Of a stretch of 64,000 nucleotides of DNA, positions 31,667 through 42,138 are shown in pieces. How positions within the stretch are numbered: position 1 is the first letter of the stretch; each line of letters begins with the position of its first letter. The stretch is from Nitrospirales bacterium. Its GTDB lineage: Bacteria > Nitrospirota > Nitrospiria > Nitrospirales > UBA8639. The translations under genes and the position numbers were made by a program. The notes beneath the pieces were generated by a model. That model saw only the letters and a list, made by a program, of their open reading frames with translations. It had not been told where the DNA came from and did no database searches. Where the stretch lies: contig CBDBCZ010000019.1 of NCBI GenBank assembly GCA_965203295.1, forward strand, positions 1,664,001 through 1,728,000, given 5' to 3'.

Positions 31667-33103
31667 TCAACTTCTCCCATAATCATCCTGAAACCGAACG
31701 ATATCATCCTCCCCTAAATAAGGGCCTGTTTGCACTTCAATGATTTCTACAGTAGATGTGCCCGGATTTTCCAACCGATGTGTTGTTTGTTTCGGGATAC
31801 CGATACTTTGTCCTGGCTTCAAATCGAATACCGCGCCGTCTCGTGTCACACGAGCTGTCCCAGCAATGACCACCCAATGTTCACTTCGTTGGTGATGCAA
31901 TTGAAGTGACAGCCGACCTCCCGGCTTCAAGGTCACACGCTTCACTTTGTAATCAGGCCCTTCCTCTAAAATAGTGTAGGATCCCCATGGCCTAAAGACC
32001 GTCACATGCTCAAGCCGTTGGGGAGCTCCTTTTTGCCTTAAGACCTCAACTAATTGCTTCACATCTTGCGAGCGAGATTTGGGACACACTAACACGGCAT
32101 CTGGCGTATCCACCACCACCATATCAGAAACACCGATGCTCGCAACAAGACGTTGCTCGGCAAAGAAAATGGAGTCTCGACAATCGACATCAATCACATT
32201 CCCAGTCGTCACATTCCCGTTCGTATTCTTCGATGCGACTTCATCTAGACTTCCCCAAGTACCGACATCAGACCATGAAAACTTCACCGGGATGGTAGCA
32301 GCCAGGTCTGAACGCTCCATCACCCCATAATCAATCGAAACCGATTGTAATTTTTTATACTCATCGTTAATGCGACTCGATGAATATTCCTCTTGCATCA
32401 TTCGATCAATTCCCTTCAAACGACGGTAGAGGATCGGCTGTTGGTTTTGAAACTCCTGCAAAACGGTCTGAGCCCGCCACATAAACATTCCGCTATTCCA
32501 GTAACAATTGCCCTCTTGAATATAGCGTTGAGCTTTGCGTAATGTCGGTTTCTCGATGAATTTCGCCACTTTATACCCAGTCAGGGAACCTTTGGTGAGA
32601 ATCGGATGTCGCAATTGAGGCTGAATATATCCATACCCTGTTTCCGGTCTGGTCGGGGGAATTCCAAAGGTCACAAGGTATCCAGCCTGGGCTAATCGCG
32701 TGCCAAGGGTCACAGCTGACTTGAACCGAGCAGCACCGTGAATCACATGATCAGCGGGAAGAACCAGCATGACCGCTTCAGGGTCCCGACGCAGGAGACG
32801 TAAGGCAGCAAGCCCAATGGCAGGAGCCGTATTGCGACCTTCCGGTTCGAGAATAAAATTGTCACACAAATCATCTTTCCATTCGTTGAGTTGAATTTTT
32901 ATTGATTCAGCTTGAAAAGGATTCGTCACAATCCACGTTCGCTCGGGGGGAACCGAATTCAACACTCGTCGGACCGTTTGTTGCATCAGGCTCTCTTCCC
33001 CCACAATCTGAAGCAATTGCTTGGGAAACCGTTCACGGCTTAACGGCCAAAAGCGTATTCCACTTCCACCCGCCAATATCACTGCAAATAAATGACTATT
33101 CAT
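31667..33103 (-). CDS. manC: Mannose-1-phosphate guanylyltransferase/mannose-6-phosphate isomerase
   Basis: LAGGSG.RFWPLSR..PKQ, EPEGRNTAPA, WSDVGTW, RPWG and SLQLHHQRSEHW. Confidence 0.95.
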   Translation of the reverse strand: MNSHLFAVILAGGSGIRFWPLSRERFPKQLLQIVGEESLMQQTVRRVLNSVPPERTWIVTNPFQAESIKIQLNEWKDDLCDNFILEPEGRNTAPAIGLAALRLLRRDPEAVMLVLPADHVIHGAARFKSAVTLGTRLAQAGYLVTFGIPPTRPETGYGYIQPQLRHPILTKGSLTGYKVAKFIEKPTLRKAQRYIQEGNCYWNSGMFMWRAQTVLQEFQNQQPILYRRLKGIDRMMQEEYSSSRINDEYKKLQSVSIDYGVMERSDLAATIPVKFSWSDVGTWGSLDEVASKNTNGNVTTGNVIDVDCRDSIFFAEQRLVASIGVSDMVVVDTPDAVLVCPKSRSQDVKQLVEVLRQKGAPQRLEHVTVFRPWGSYTILEEGPDYKVKRVTLKPGGRLSLQLHHQRSEHWVVIAGTARVTRDGAVFDLKPGQSIGIPKQTTHRLENPGTSTVEIIEVQTGPYLGEDDIVRFQDDYGRS

Positions 33104-33269
33104 TAATCAAGTTTTTCTCCGGTATGCGTAACCCACTGTGCTGATCGAAACACATTGTTTGAGGCGATATTCAGAATCCTTCATTCTTGTGATGTATCGC
33201 AATTCGACATAATTTGTATTGTGGTTTGCAGCATTGGAGATACCCCACGAGAGTATGTCCCCATGAAGC

Positions 33270-33890
33270 TCATCCATCTGCTTGAGCAGCCAAAATCATA
33301 TCGGCAAGTTCGCGAACAGCCCCTTCTCCACCTTTCGCCTGACAGACATAGCAAACGATTTTCTGCACGGGAAACATCCCATCGGCTGGAGTTGCAGAAA
33401 ACCCAACGGCTTTCAATGCCTCCATATCGTTGACATCATCTCCTATAAAAGCCACCTCCGACATCATGATCCTATATTTCTTGATAAGTTGTTTGACAAC
33501 CCTCAGCTTATCCCGAACTCCCTGGTGGATCTCCGGAATGCCCAACTTCTCACCTCGATGAGCAACAAGCTTAGTATTTTCCATGGTGATGATGGCTGTA
33601 ATCATGCCAAGTGATTGCAGTAATTTAATCCCCATACCATCACGAGTTTGAAACTTCTTCATTTCTTCACCGGTTTCCCCATAATACATTCCGCCATCGG
33701 TAAGAACACCGTCAACATCGGTGGCAAACAAGCGAATTTTTTTTAAAATGGCAAGGTGGGATCTCGAAGAAGATTTTTGAGATGATCCTAATCGACGATT
33801 TTCTATCAACACTTCCTCATTACAAAATTGCCTGAATTGAGCACTTCCCTTCACACGGTCATCGGCTCCCAGCCTTTTATTTAAGCACAC
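33270..33890 (-). CDS. kdsC: KDO 8-phosphate phosphatase (HAD)
   Basis: DVDGVLTDG, RDGMG, IGDDVND and GGEGAVRE; the true start is probably downstream of 33890. Confidence 0.9.
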   Translation of the reverse strand: MCLNKRLGADDRVKGSAQFRQFCNEEVLIENRRLGSSQKSSSRSHLAILKKIRLFATDVDGVLTDGGMYYGETGEEMKKFQTRDGMGIKLLQSLGMITAIITMENTKLVAHRGEKLGIPEIHQGVRDKLRVVKQLIKKYRIMMSEVAFIGDDVNDMEALKAVGFSATPADGMFPVQKIVCYVCQAKGGEGAVRELADMILAAQADG

Positions 33891-34036
33891 TCTTGGCTTT
33901 ATGCAAAGAGTTTTCTTATCAATTTGATTTTATGTGGTTATATCATAAAAATAGGCTTTCATCCCACATCAATCAGAGTTTACTTGCCTTCCAAACTTGA
34001 TTAAGATAACTTTTACTTTCAATTGGTTAAGTCTCC

Positions 34037-35122
34037 TTGTCTAGAATCCTCGACCGCTACATTTTTACCGAACTGCTCTCTCCTTTTCTTCTTAGCCTGT
34101 CTGCTCTCTCGTTTATTGTCTTCACAAAAGAAATGCTCCGCTTAGTGGAATTGCTGCTGACGAAAGGGGCTGGGCTTTGGACAGTTTTGAAAATTATTTT
34201 TCACCTCCTGCCATCGTTTTTGGTTCTGACCCTTCCTATTGCCTATCTCATTGCCTCAATCACCACGTTTAGCCGCCTTTCCCTCGACAAAGAACTCGTC
34301 GCCATGCGTGCGGCAGGAATCAGTTTGCTTCGCATTTCCGTCCCGGTTATATTTTTTTCATGTTTCGTCTTCATCCTGACGTTTATCCTCTCTGAATGGG
34401 GCCAACCCTGGAGCAATACTTCCATAAAACGACTGGCCCTTAGCCTCATCCAAGACCGGTTAACCCTTGCACTCGACATGGGAGTCTTTAATGAACCCAT
34501 ACCCGGCATGATCGTGTATATTCCTGACTCACGTAGCCACCACGAGACAAAAAGGATATTCATTTCTGACAAGCGGGATCAGAAAAAACCAGTGGTCATT
34601 GTGGCAGACACATTGCGCCTATTACAGAATCCCGGCGACAACCAATTGGGCATTCGTCTTTTTCGTGGCACCATTCACCAGATTCCCAATGACATCACTC
34701 AACACCACCAGGTTAAATTCACGACCTACGACCTTAAAATGGATGTCACGAAATCCTTGAGGGTTGTAGCCTCCACACGACCACGATACCAGGACATCAT
34801 AAAAAATTTGGACCGAACAGGATGGACCGATTCGGGTTACCTCAAACGGCTCATGGAATATTACAAAGACCTCGCTTTTCCTGTTGCTGTCTTAATTCTT
34901 GGGGTCTTGGGCGTGCCTGTGGGTATTGCCTCGAAGCGATCGGGTAATATTGGTGGATTTGCCATAGGAGTGATACTCATTGTTATCTTTTATATTCTCA
35001 ATGTCCTGGGTGAGTTTCTGGTGACCGCGCTGATTCTTCATCCTTTCGCAGGAGCATGGCTGCCTAATCTCATTCTCCTGATAACGACTGTCACACTTTT
35101 TTATCGGGAAAGCCAACGCTAA
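34037..35122 (+). CDS. lptF: LPS export ABC permease LptF
   Basis: ILDRYIF, RLSLDKELVAMRAAGIS and GAWLPNL. Confidence 0.88.
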   Translation: MSRILDRYIFTELLSPFLLSLSALSFIVFTKEMLRLVELLLTKGAGLWTVLKIIFHLLPSFLVLTLPIAYLIASITTFSRLSLDKELVAMRAAGISLLRISVPVIFFSCFVFILTFILSEWGQPWSNTSIKRLALSLIQDRLTLALDMGVFNEPIPGMIVYIPDSRSHHETKRIFISDKRDQKKPVVIVADTLRLLQNPGDNQLGIRLFRGTIHQIPNDITQHHQVKFTTYDLKMDVTKSLRVVASTRPRYQDIIKNLDRTGWTDSGYLKRLMEYYKDLAFPVAVLILGVLGVPVGIASKRSGNIGGFAIGVILIVIFYILNVLGEFLVTALILHPFAGAWLPNLILLITTVTLFYRESQR

Positions 35123-35123
35123 C

Positions 35124-36218
35124 ATGGGAATTCTTTTCCAATACATTATGGGTCAATACTTAAAAATATTAGCCTTATGCCAATTGGGTCTGACCGCTGT
35201 GTACCTCATCGTAGATTTCTTTGAAAAACTCAGAAAATTCTTAAAATATGACGCAGAACTGTTCCCCATGCTTACCTACTTTTTCTTTAAAATTCCTGAC
35301 ATTTCCTTTAAGCTCGTGCCGTTATCCGCATTAATGGCCATTCTGTTAACCATCGGGATGTTCAACAAGCATCACGAAATAACAGCCATGCGAAGTAGTG
35401 GCATCAGTTTCTTTCAGGTGACTGCTCCATTTTTTGCGGTGGGTGTGTTAATCACCATAATTTTATTCGGATTTACCGCAGTGATTATTCCGCTCGCCAA
35501 CAATCATGCTGAATACATCAAAACTGTAGAAATCGAAAAAAAGCCACAGCCCCTTTCTTTTACGGCCAAGCATTTATGGTTAAAAATCCGAAATAACACC
35601 ATCTTGAATGTGGAAGAGGTGAGTCCGGAAGGATCATTATTGAAGGATATTCGCCTCTATCAAGTCGATGATACGAATTTTCAATTGGAAAAGATTCTCG
35701 ATGCTAAAACTGCTCATTACGAAGGAACCGAGTGGACTCTTTACGACGCGGCCGAACGTCATCTCTTACCGAACGGGCAAGTCGTTGTGACCACACACCA
35801 AACCTTTCCCTTGGAACTGTCTTTAGCTCCAGAAGATTTTATGACCTGGATTTCCTTTGAACCTGAGCATATGACGCTAAGAGAACTACGGATACAAATT
35901 GATCACCTCAAAGAAGAAGGACAAAATATTGCCAGGTTTCTCACGGATTATTGGGGTCGGGTTTCGTCTGTCTTTGTGACGCTTCTCATGACTGTTTTGG
36001 GTATCGCATTAAGCTTCACAAGGATAGACACACGAAGTTCGAATATCGCCAGGGGCATCGGTCAGGCCTTGGCCATTGGCTTTCTCTTTTGGGCTACCCA
36101 TTCGGTTGGGATCACCCTAGGTCGAAACGGAGCTTTAGTGCCAATTGTCGCAGGCTGGATTGCATGGATCATGTTTTTTGTGTTCAGTTTGAACCTCTTC
36201 CTGAAGGTACGCTATTAG
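35124..36218 (+). CDS. lptG: LPS export ABC permease LptG
   Basis: HEITAMRSSGIS, PEHMT and LGRNG..VPIVAGW; follows lptF. Confidence 0.88.
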   Translation: MGILFQYIMGQYLKILALCQLGLTAVYLIVDFFEKLRKFLKYDAELFPMLTYFFFKIPDISFKLVPLSALMAILLTIGMFNKHHEITAMRSSGISFFQVTAPFFAVGVLITIILFGFTAVIIPLANNHAEYIKTVEIEKKPQPLSFTAKHLWLKIRNNTILNVEEVSPEGSLLKDIRLYQVDDTNFQLEKILDAKTAHYEGTEWTLYDAAERHLLPNGQVVVTTHQTFPLELSLAPEDFMTWISFEPEHMTLRELRIQIDHLKEEGQNIARFLTDYWGRVSSVFVTLLMTVLGIALSFTRIDTRSSNIARGIGQALAIGFLFWATHSVGITLGRNGALVPIVAGWIAWIMFFVFSLNLFLKVRY

Positions 36219-36243
36219 ACACGACCGCTATCGAGAATAACTG

Positions 36244-36437
36244 GCAGGATGTTGAAAAAGTCAGCCAGCGGCGTTCTCGGTCCTTTGTCATGTTCACGTA
36301 CGACAAGGTACGCTCCGCGCGCCAAAAACCCTGCGGCCTTACTGGACCTGACTCCGCCAAGCCTCCTTCGCCGAAGTCGCTACGGAGGCTGAAAGCGGGG
36401 CTTCGCGCAGGCGAGCGGGCCTTTTTGAACAGCCTGC
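36244..36437. mobile_element. Free-standing element B variant carrying an internal palindromic insert C
   Basis: TIRs GCAGGATGTTGAAAAAG / CTTTTTGAACAGCCTGC and shared core GCCAGCGGCGTTCTCG...CCTGCGGCCTT. An extra ~70 bp (~36347-36417) folds as nested hairpins (GCCTCC...GGAGGC). Confidence 0.78.
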
Positions 36438-36550
36438 ACCGCTTTTGATGATGATCGGATATTCTTCAAAAAACCAGGATTTTGGCAAATGTTGAGTTTT
36501 TCATTAACCTACTAGGCTCCTCCAACCAACAAGAAAGGCAGGAATTACAT

Positions 36551-37810
36551 TTGGCTCCTAAAATTGTCGTGACTGGTTTGGGAATTGTCTCTCCTCTTGG
36601 AATTGGGATTGAAAAATTCTGGAAAGCCGCCTGTGAAGGACAGTCAGGCATTTCCGAAATTTCCTCCTTTGGACTCTTTCAGATCGAAGGGTATCGTTCC
36701 CGCATTGCGGGACAAGTGCATGACTTTAACCCACAAGAGTTTCCTGAAGAAAAATTCATTTCCCGTGTTGATCGTTATGCACAATTTGGACTCGTGGCCG
36801 CCCAACAGGCGCTATTAGATGCTGGGTTACAGCTCGATCGCGAACCTTCTCATAGAATCGGGGTCATTGTTGGAGCGGGAATGGGGGGCATGGTGATGGG
36901 CGAACGGGAAATCACCCAACTCTACCAATCTGAAAAACCCCACAGAGTGCACCCAAACTTTATTCCCACTATCACATTGAATTCAGCTTCTGGAATCATT
37001 GGGATGGCGTTTGGGGCCAAAGGCCCCAATTGGACGGTGTCGACAGCATGCTCCTCTAGTGTTCATGCCATTGGACATGCTCTCACGACCATCAGGAACG
37101 GAAAGGCCGACGTCATGATCGTTGTGGGAGCTGATGCCAGCATTACCCCTTTAGTCTTTGCAGGGTTTTGTTCATTGCGAGCCCTTTCAAGTAGTTATAA
37201 CGACTGCCCGACCAGAGCCTCTCGCCCCTTTGACCAGGGAAGGGATGGGTTCGTGATGGGAGAGGGGGCCGGGGCACTTATTCTCGAAACGCTTCAGCAT
37301 GCTAAAAGGCGGCGAGCAAGAATCTATGCTGAAGTGGCTGGCTATGCGTCATCAAGCGAAGCCTACCATATGGTCATCCCGAGGGAAGACGGAACCGCTA
37401 TTGCGCACACCATGAACGGGGCCTTGAGCGATGCGCAAATTCGACCTTCTGAAGTGGACTACATCAACGCCCATGCGACTTCGACGGTTATTGGAGATGA
37501 AGTCGAAATTAAAGGAATTCGTCAGGTCTTTAAATCTCGTACCAATAGAATTCTGATCAATGCGACTAAATCCCTCATTGGCCATACGCTGGGTGCAGCT
37601 GGATCGATTGGAGCAATTGCCACCATTATGGCAATATCGACTGGGCTTGTTCATCCCACAGTCAACTACGAAGACCCTGATCCCGAATGTGCTCTTCCTG
37701 GAATTTCCAATAAGATCAAGGAAGTCAAAGTGAAGGTGGCTCTGCTGAATGCCTTTGGGTTCGGCAGCAATAATGCCGTGTTGGTGTTCAAACGACCAAC
37801 ATCGCTTTAG
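36551..37810 (+). CDS. fabF: Beta-ketoacyl-ACP synthase II
   Basis: VVTGLG, STACSSS, PFDQGRDGFVMGEGAG, YINAHATST, KSLIGHTLGAAG and NAFGFG; likely TTG start at 36551. Confidence 0.9.
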   Translation: MAPKIVVTGLGIVSPLGIGIEKFWKAACEGQSGISEISSFGLFQIEGYRSRIAGQVHDFNPQEFPEEKFISRVDRYAQFGLVAAQQALLDAGLQLDREPSHRIGVIVGAGMGGMVMGEREITQLYQSEKPHRVHPNFIPTITLNSASGIIGMAFGAKGPNWTVSTACSSSVHAIGHALTTIRNGKADVMIVVGADASITPLVFAGFCSLRALSSSYNDCPTRASRPFDQGRDGFVMGEGAGALILETLQHAKRRRARIYAEVAGYASSSEAYHMVIPREDGTAIAHTMNGALSDAQIRPSEVDYINAHATSTVIGDEVEIKGIRQVFKSRTNRILINATKSLIGHTLGAAGSIGAIATIMAISTGLVHPTVNYEDPDPECALPGISNKIKEVKVKVALLNAFGFGSNNAVLVFKRPTSL

Positions 37811-37839
37811 ATTGTCGTTGCTTGATAGAGGAAACAACC

Positions 37840-38151
37840 ATGAAAAAACTCTCCCCTGTTGGGAATCAAATCCGTACCGAACTAGCAGCCTATTTAAAGC
37901 GAGACCCTGATTCCATCACACCAGAACAATCTTTACGGGAAGATCTCGGACTCGACTCCCTCATGACCATCGAGCTTCTCTATGAAATTGAAAAGACATT
38001 TGACTTTCAAATTCCCGACCAAGATCTTGGTGGGCTACTCACGATCGGGGATGTGATCGGATATGTGGAAAAGAAATTGAGTCCCAAGTCCACAGCTCCT
38101 TCTCGAAAAACTCACTCAACATCAAAAAAACGAAAGAGCGCCAAAAGCTAA
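37840..38151 (+). CDS. Acyl carrier protein with basic C-terminal tail
   Basis: EDLGLDSL phosphopantetheine-attachment site. Confidence 0.92.
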   Translation: MKKLSPVGNQIRTELAAYLKRDPDSITPEQSLREDLGLDSLMTIELLYEIEKTFDFQIPDQDLGGLLTIGDVIGYVEKKLSPKSTAPSRKTHSTSKKRKSAKS

Positions 38152-39242
38152 TGTCTCAACAACGTGCCTTTACGATTCGTGTCGATGACCTCGCAAAAAC
38201 CATTAAAGGGCAAGTGATCGGACAAGGCGATACACTGATAACTGGTGTCGCAAGCCTAGAACAAGCCGGCCCAACCGATCTCGTCTTTGTCATGGATATC
38301 CGGTTGCGCGAAGCTCAACAAGCCTCACACATTGGCGCGATTCTTGTTTCTCAACCATTGAAAGAATGTCAGCGCCCACAGATCATCGTATCCCATCCTC
38401 AGTATGCATTCACGCAGTTAGTTCATCGGTTTTTCTATTCCCCACCATCCCTTCGCGGAATTGCATCGGAAGTTTCTCAAGGTGTGAATGTCGAAATGGG
38501 ACCAGATGTCGCTATCGGATCTTTTGTCACCATCGGGAACCACGTCAAAATCGGGGCACGTGTGAAAGTATTTTCGGGAGTCTATTTAGGAGATTTCGTC
38601 TACGTGGGAGACGACACCATTCTTTACCCAAACGTCACCATTTTAAATCACTGTGTCATTGGTTTCCGGAGCATCATTCATAGCGGAACGGTGATTGGCA
38701 GTGATGGCTTTGGGTATGTCCAACATGAAGGGCTCCATCATAAAATTCCCCAATTGGGTAATGTTGTGATTGAAGATGATGTTGAAATCGGAGCCAATGT
38801 GACGATTGACCGCGGAACCTTTGGGCAAACCACCGTAAAACGGGGAACGAAGATCGACAACCTTGTTCAAATTGCCCACAACGTGACTGTTGGTGAGGAT
38901 GCGATCCTTGTTGCCCAAGCAGGGATTGCCGGAAGCACCATAATTGGACAGCATGTCATGATTGGGGGACAGGCAGGACTCATTGACCATCTCTCGATTG
39001 GAGATCGGGTCATGATTGCAGCCGGCTCAGGAGTAGGCCGAAATGTCGAGGCTGGCCAAGTCGTGTCCGGACGGCCTGCGCTACCACATGAAGCCTGGCT
39101 CAAGACACAAATTTTGGTTCAAAAACTCCCTGAACTTCGCCAACAACTCCTCGAATTAGAAAAACGGATCAAACTCTTAGAAGCAAATGGAAGTCACTCG
39201 CGTAAGGCCAAGACGAAAAAGAACAAGGCACAAAAGAAATAA
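38151..39242 (+). CDS. lpxD: UDP-3-O-acylglucosamine N-acyltransferase
   Basis: IHSGTVIGSDGFGY, KIPQLGNV, EIGANVTIDRG, TKIDNLVQIAHNV and hexapeptide repeats. Confidence 0.95.
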   Translation: MSQQRAFTIRVDDLAKTIKGQVIGQGDTLITGVASLEQAGPTDLVFVMDIRLREAQQASHIGAILVSQPLKECQRPQIIVSHPQYAFTQLVHRFFYSPPSLRGIASEVSQGVNVEMGPDVAIGSFVTIGNHVKIGARVKVFSGVYLGDFVYVGDDTILYPNVTILNHCVIGFRSIIHSGTVIGSDGFGYVQHEGLHHKIPQLGNVVIEDDVEIGANVTIDRGTFGQTTVKRGTKIDNLVQIAHNVTVGEDAILVAQAGIAGSTIIGQHVMIGGQAGLIDHLSIGDRVMIAAGSGVGRNVEAGQVVSGRPALPHEAWLKTQILVQKLPELRQQLLELEKRIKLLEANGSHSRKAKTKKNKAQKK

Positions 39243-39253
39243 CGAACCTTCCA

Positions 39254-39796
39254 TCATTTTTGGGGTTTGCGGGTTGGAGGGTCAATAATCCCGCGCCAAG
39301 AAAACATCTTCCCCCAAAAGAATCCAGCCCACGGCAAAGCAAACGCAGCCATATAATCCAGTGACCCTGAGCTAAAAGACCAGATCGATAGTCCAATCAA
39401 AAGGCTCATCCCCAAAAGATAAAACAATGGCACAAGACCCCTTCCAGGATGAGTAAGCTCCACATCTGCACCTTGTTTCTTCATCTGCTGAACGCTGCGT
39501 TGTTTAGCCCCTTTTAAACGACTGGCAAAAAATTCAGGGTGCTCTCGGAGGATAAATTTATGGTACTTGGTTTGGATCCATCCTAGGAGAATTCCAGCCA
39601 CAATCAACCCTGAACTTTGGCCAAAGGTAAACACATCATAGGAGCCAACGATTAATTGATAGACAAGAGCAACGACTCCGATCACAATAGCGAGGAGCCC
39701 TAATAAACCAGAAGGAAACAGAATATGGCTCCGAATATAGTTTTGAGCTCGCTCGAGCTCACCTTCTTTTCGTTGCGCAGTAATAATTTTCGGCAC
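39254..39796 (-). CDS. Four-TM membrane protein of unknown function
   Basis: 180-aa ORF with two hydrophobic hairpins. Confidence 0.75.
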   Translation of the reverse strand: MPKIITAQRKEGELERAQNYIRSHILFPSGLLGLLAIVIGVVALVYQLIVGSYDVFTFGQSSGLIVAGILLGWIQTKYHKFILREHPEFFASRLKGAKQRSVQQMKKQGADVELTHPGRGLVPLFYLLGMSLLIGLSIWSFSSGSLDYMAAFALPWAGFFWGKMFSWRGIIDPPTRKPQK

Positions 39797-39820
39797 AATC
39801 CACCAACTTAGAGAATAAGA

Positions 39821-40005
39821 CTAAACCGGACGTTCAAAATCCGCTTCACCTAGGGAGGTACGTTGTGTGTCATCTTCCGGAACACGATAGTTCTCTGACG
39901 CCCAAGCCCCAAGGTCCTGAATTTGGCACCTCATCTGAACAGAATGGACGAAAAGGATTATCTTCCCACCTCACCTCTTGCCGACATATTTGGCTATTGA
40001 TGCAT
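39821..40005 (-). pseudogene. yacG: DNA gyrase inhibitor YacG, disrupted
   Basis: SQICRQEVRWEDNPFRPFCS-(+1)-RCQIQDLGAWASENYRVP. The first Zn-ligand Cys appears as Ser (AGC) and the ATG is out of frame. Confidence 0.85.
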
Positions 40006-40272
40006 AGTTCGAAATTATACCAAAGACGAGAACAATTTGTACGTTCTGAATTGAAAAGTCTGATTGCTTTGCATTCAATTATAAGTTGTTGGCCATGCTT
40101 GAGCCTAGGCACAAAGACCTACCTTGCAATTAAAGGCTTAGGCAGGTAACGTAAGAATAAAGAAGAAGTTTGAGCTGAAATAGAATCCCAACTTCTCTAA
40201 ATTCTTTTATCTTGTAAGAAGGTCATTTATTTGACAGGAGCGCAGAGTCAACGAGAGGAGGATGCCTAGCCG

Positions 40273-40458
40273 ATGAAAAATGTGCAAATCGTGTTCAATA
40301 TACAGGTGCCAGACCATGTGACTGAACAGGAGGTAAGCGCGAAATTAAACCAAGTGATAAGCTCATTAATGGCGCAAGAATTTGGATCCGATGGAATCGA
40401 AGCCGACCAAGCCAAATTCACCTTTGATGATCATGATGGACAAATCGGCCACGCATGA
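40273..40458 (+). CDS. Small hypothetical protein
   Basis: 61 aa, GAGGAGG RBS and TTGACA at 40231. Confidence 0.65.
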   Translation: MKNVQIVFNIQVPDHVTEQEVSAKLNQVISSLMAQEFGSDGIEADQAKFTFDDHDGQIGHA

Positions 40459-40656
40459 GAAAGAAAAACACCAGCGTGGTGAATTCACACACTCATACTC
40501 AGCCATGACCGCACTTCCGCATAGTCAGCAATCTCTGTTTTCTTAAACTTCTGAAACTTGCCACCTTTTCCCCACTTTAGCGAAAGTATATAAAAAGATT
40601 GTTCAATCAACCCTTCTGAGAAAAGGGATAAGAGACAAGGTGTGTAACTTTCAACA

Positions 40657-41691
40657 TTGAGGATTCAGATGTCTACCATACATTTTCGCCGGATTCCCAC
40701 AAGACTGATCGGAATAATTTTCATACTCCTTAGCATCGGCGCTGTCTCTGAAAACGTCATAACTGCGGACGTAGCCAGAGAGATAGAAATCGCTAAACAC
40801 GCAACGGTGGGGATTCTCAAATTTGATCCAGACTCGGAAAATATTGCAATCAAAACCCATTTTTCAGTCCGAGGAACGGGCGTACACCTCCATGACGGAT
40901 ACATCCTTACGGCTCGCCATGCTGTTGAACGTACCGAAGGAGGGAAAAGGATCATCCCCAAGGAGGTCAGCATACTGACTGACACCCTTGAAGAACTCCC
41001 TGCCACATTTATCGGAGTCAACGCTTTTCTCGACATCGCGGTCTATCGCATCAACGCAAAGGAAAATTCCTTAGGACTCAAGCCGATTCCTTTTGAAGAG
41101 GAAGAACCGCAGCCAGGGCAAGAAGTGTTCACGGTTGGCTATCCCCTGGGTTGGGGACCAGCGATCATGTTTGGTCGCGTCGGCAACCCAAATACTTTTC
41201 TTCCGACAGCTAACGCGCGCCTGATGCAACTTGACCTCTCTACCTGTAGTGGGAATTCGGCGGTGGACTTTTTAATTCGAGGGGTAAGATCGTTGGGATT
41301 ATCCACGCCATCATTCAAACTGAAGGCATCCAATCCGATCGCCGCTGCAGCCATTTTACCTTTGCGGTACCAGGTCATTTAGTCAAGCGAGTAGCCAATG
41401 CCCTCATTCAAGGGAAACAGTCAGAATTTTCGAAGCTCGGAGTTCACCCTACAGCCAAAGATCGACACGCAGTGGCATGTTGCCGTCGCGAAAGCCACCG
41501 GCCCTGCCCGTCATGGTGGACTACGAAAACGAGATATCATCCTGTCTATTGATGGCACAACAATCACTATGGCTTCCCAACTAAAAAACTATTTGATCGA
41601 ACACACAAAACCTGGGCAGCGAATTACGATTCATGTCCTTCGAGGGGAGCAGGAGAAAGTGTTACATGTCGTACTCGGCAAATCTTCGTAG
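40657..41691 (+). pseudogene. Trypsin-like serine protease with PDZ domain (HtrA-like), two frameshifts
   Basis: ILTARHAV, DIAV and VGYPLG. The GNS(G)GGLFN motif is broken at ~41258, with a second shift at ~41457 before the PDZ domain (GPA..GGL...DIILSIDG). Confidence 0.85.
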
Positions 41692-41741
41692 TATTGATAG
41701 AATAAGCTATAAAAACATGAATTTCAGTTGGTGGACACTGA

Positions 41742-42028
41742 GGGGTTAAAAATAAATCTCTTCCCTTTTTTGTTCCGCCTTGCGCGTGGCTGAGTCCAGC
41801 GCCGAATCCGACATTTCGGCGAGGACTGTCTGAGTGGAGCGAGTTCCGCAGCCATGTGATTCGGTGCTGGAACGAAGGAGACCCGCAGGGCCAGGCGCGG
41901 GCAGGAATCGTTTGGGGTCCTTTTGCCGAAACAAAAGGACCTCGACTGCCGGGGCGAAACCCGGTGAAGCGTAACTGTGAACAAGAACCTTGACACTTTA
42001 AACCTGAAACTTTAAACTCGAAATCTTG
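41742..42028 (-). repeat. Composite intergenic element copy 3: empty element A + heptamer tract
   Basis: ~240 bp colinear with 14665-15035 minus the B insert, then heptamers AAACCTG AAACTTT AAACTCG. Confidence 0.88.
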
Positions 42029-42138
42029 TAAGAGTGCAGCCTCCTAGTAGAAATGAGGTCGCAGGAGTATAATGCCCTTTATTCAGTCGTTCTGAGCATA
42101 TTGAGCATATCACCTTCCATACAATAAGGAGAGGTATC

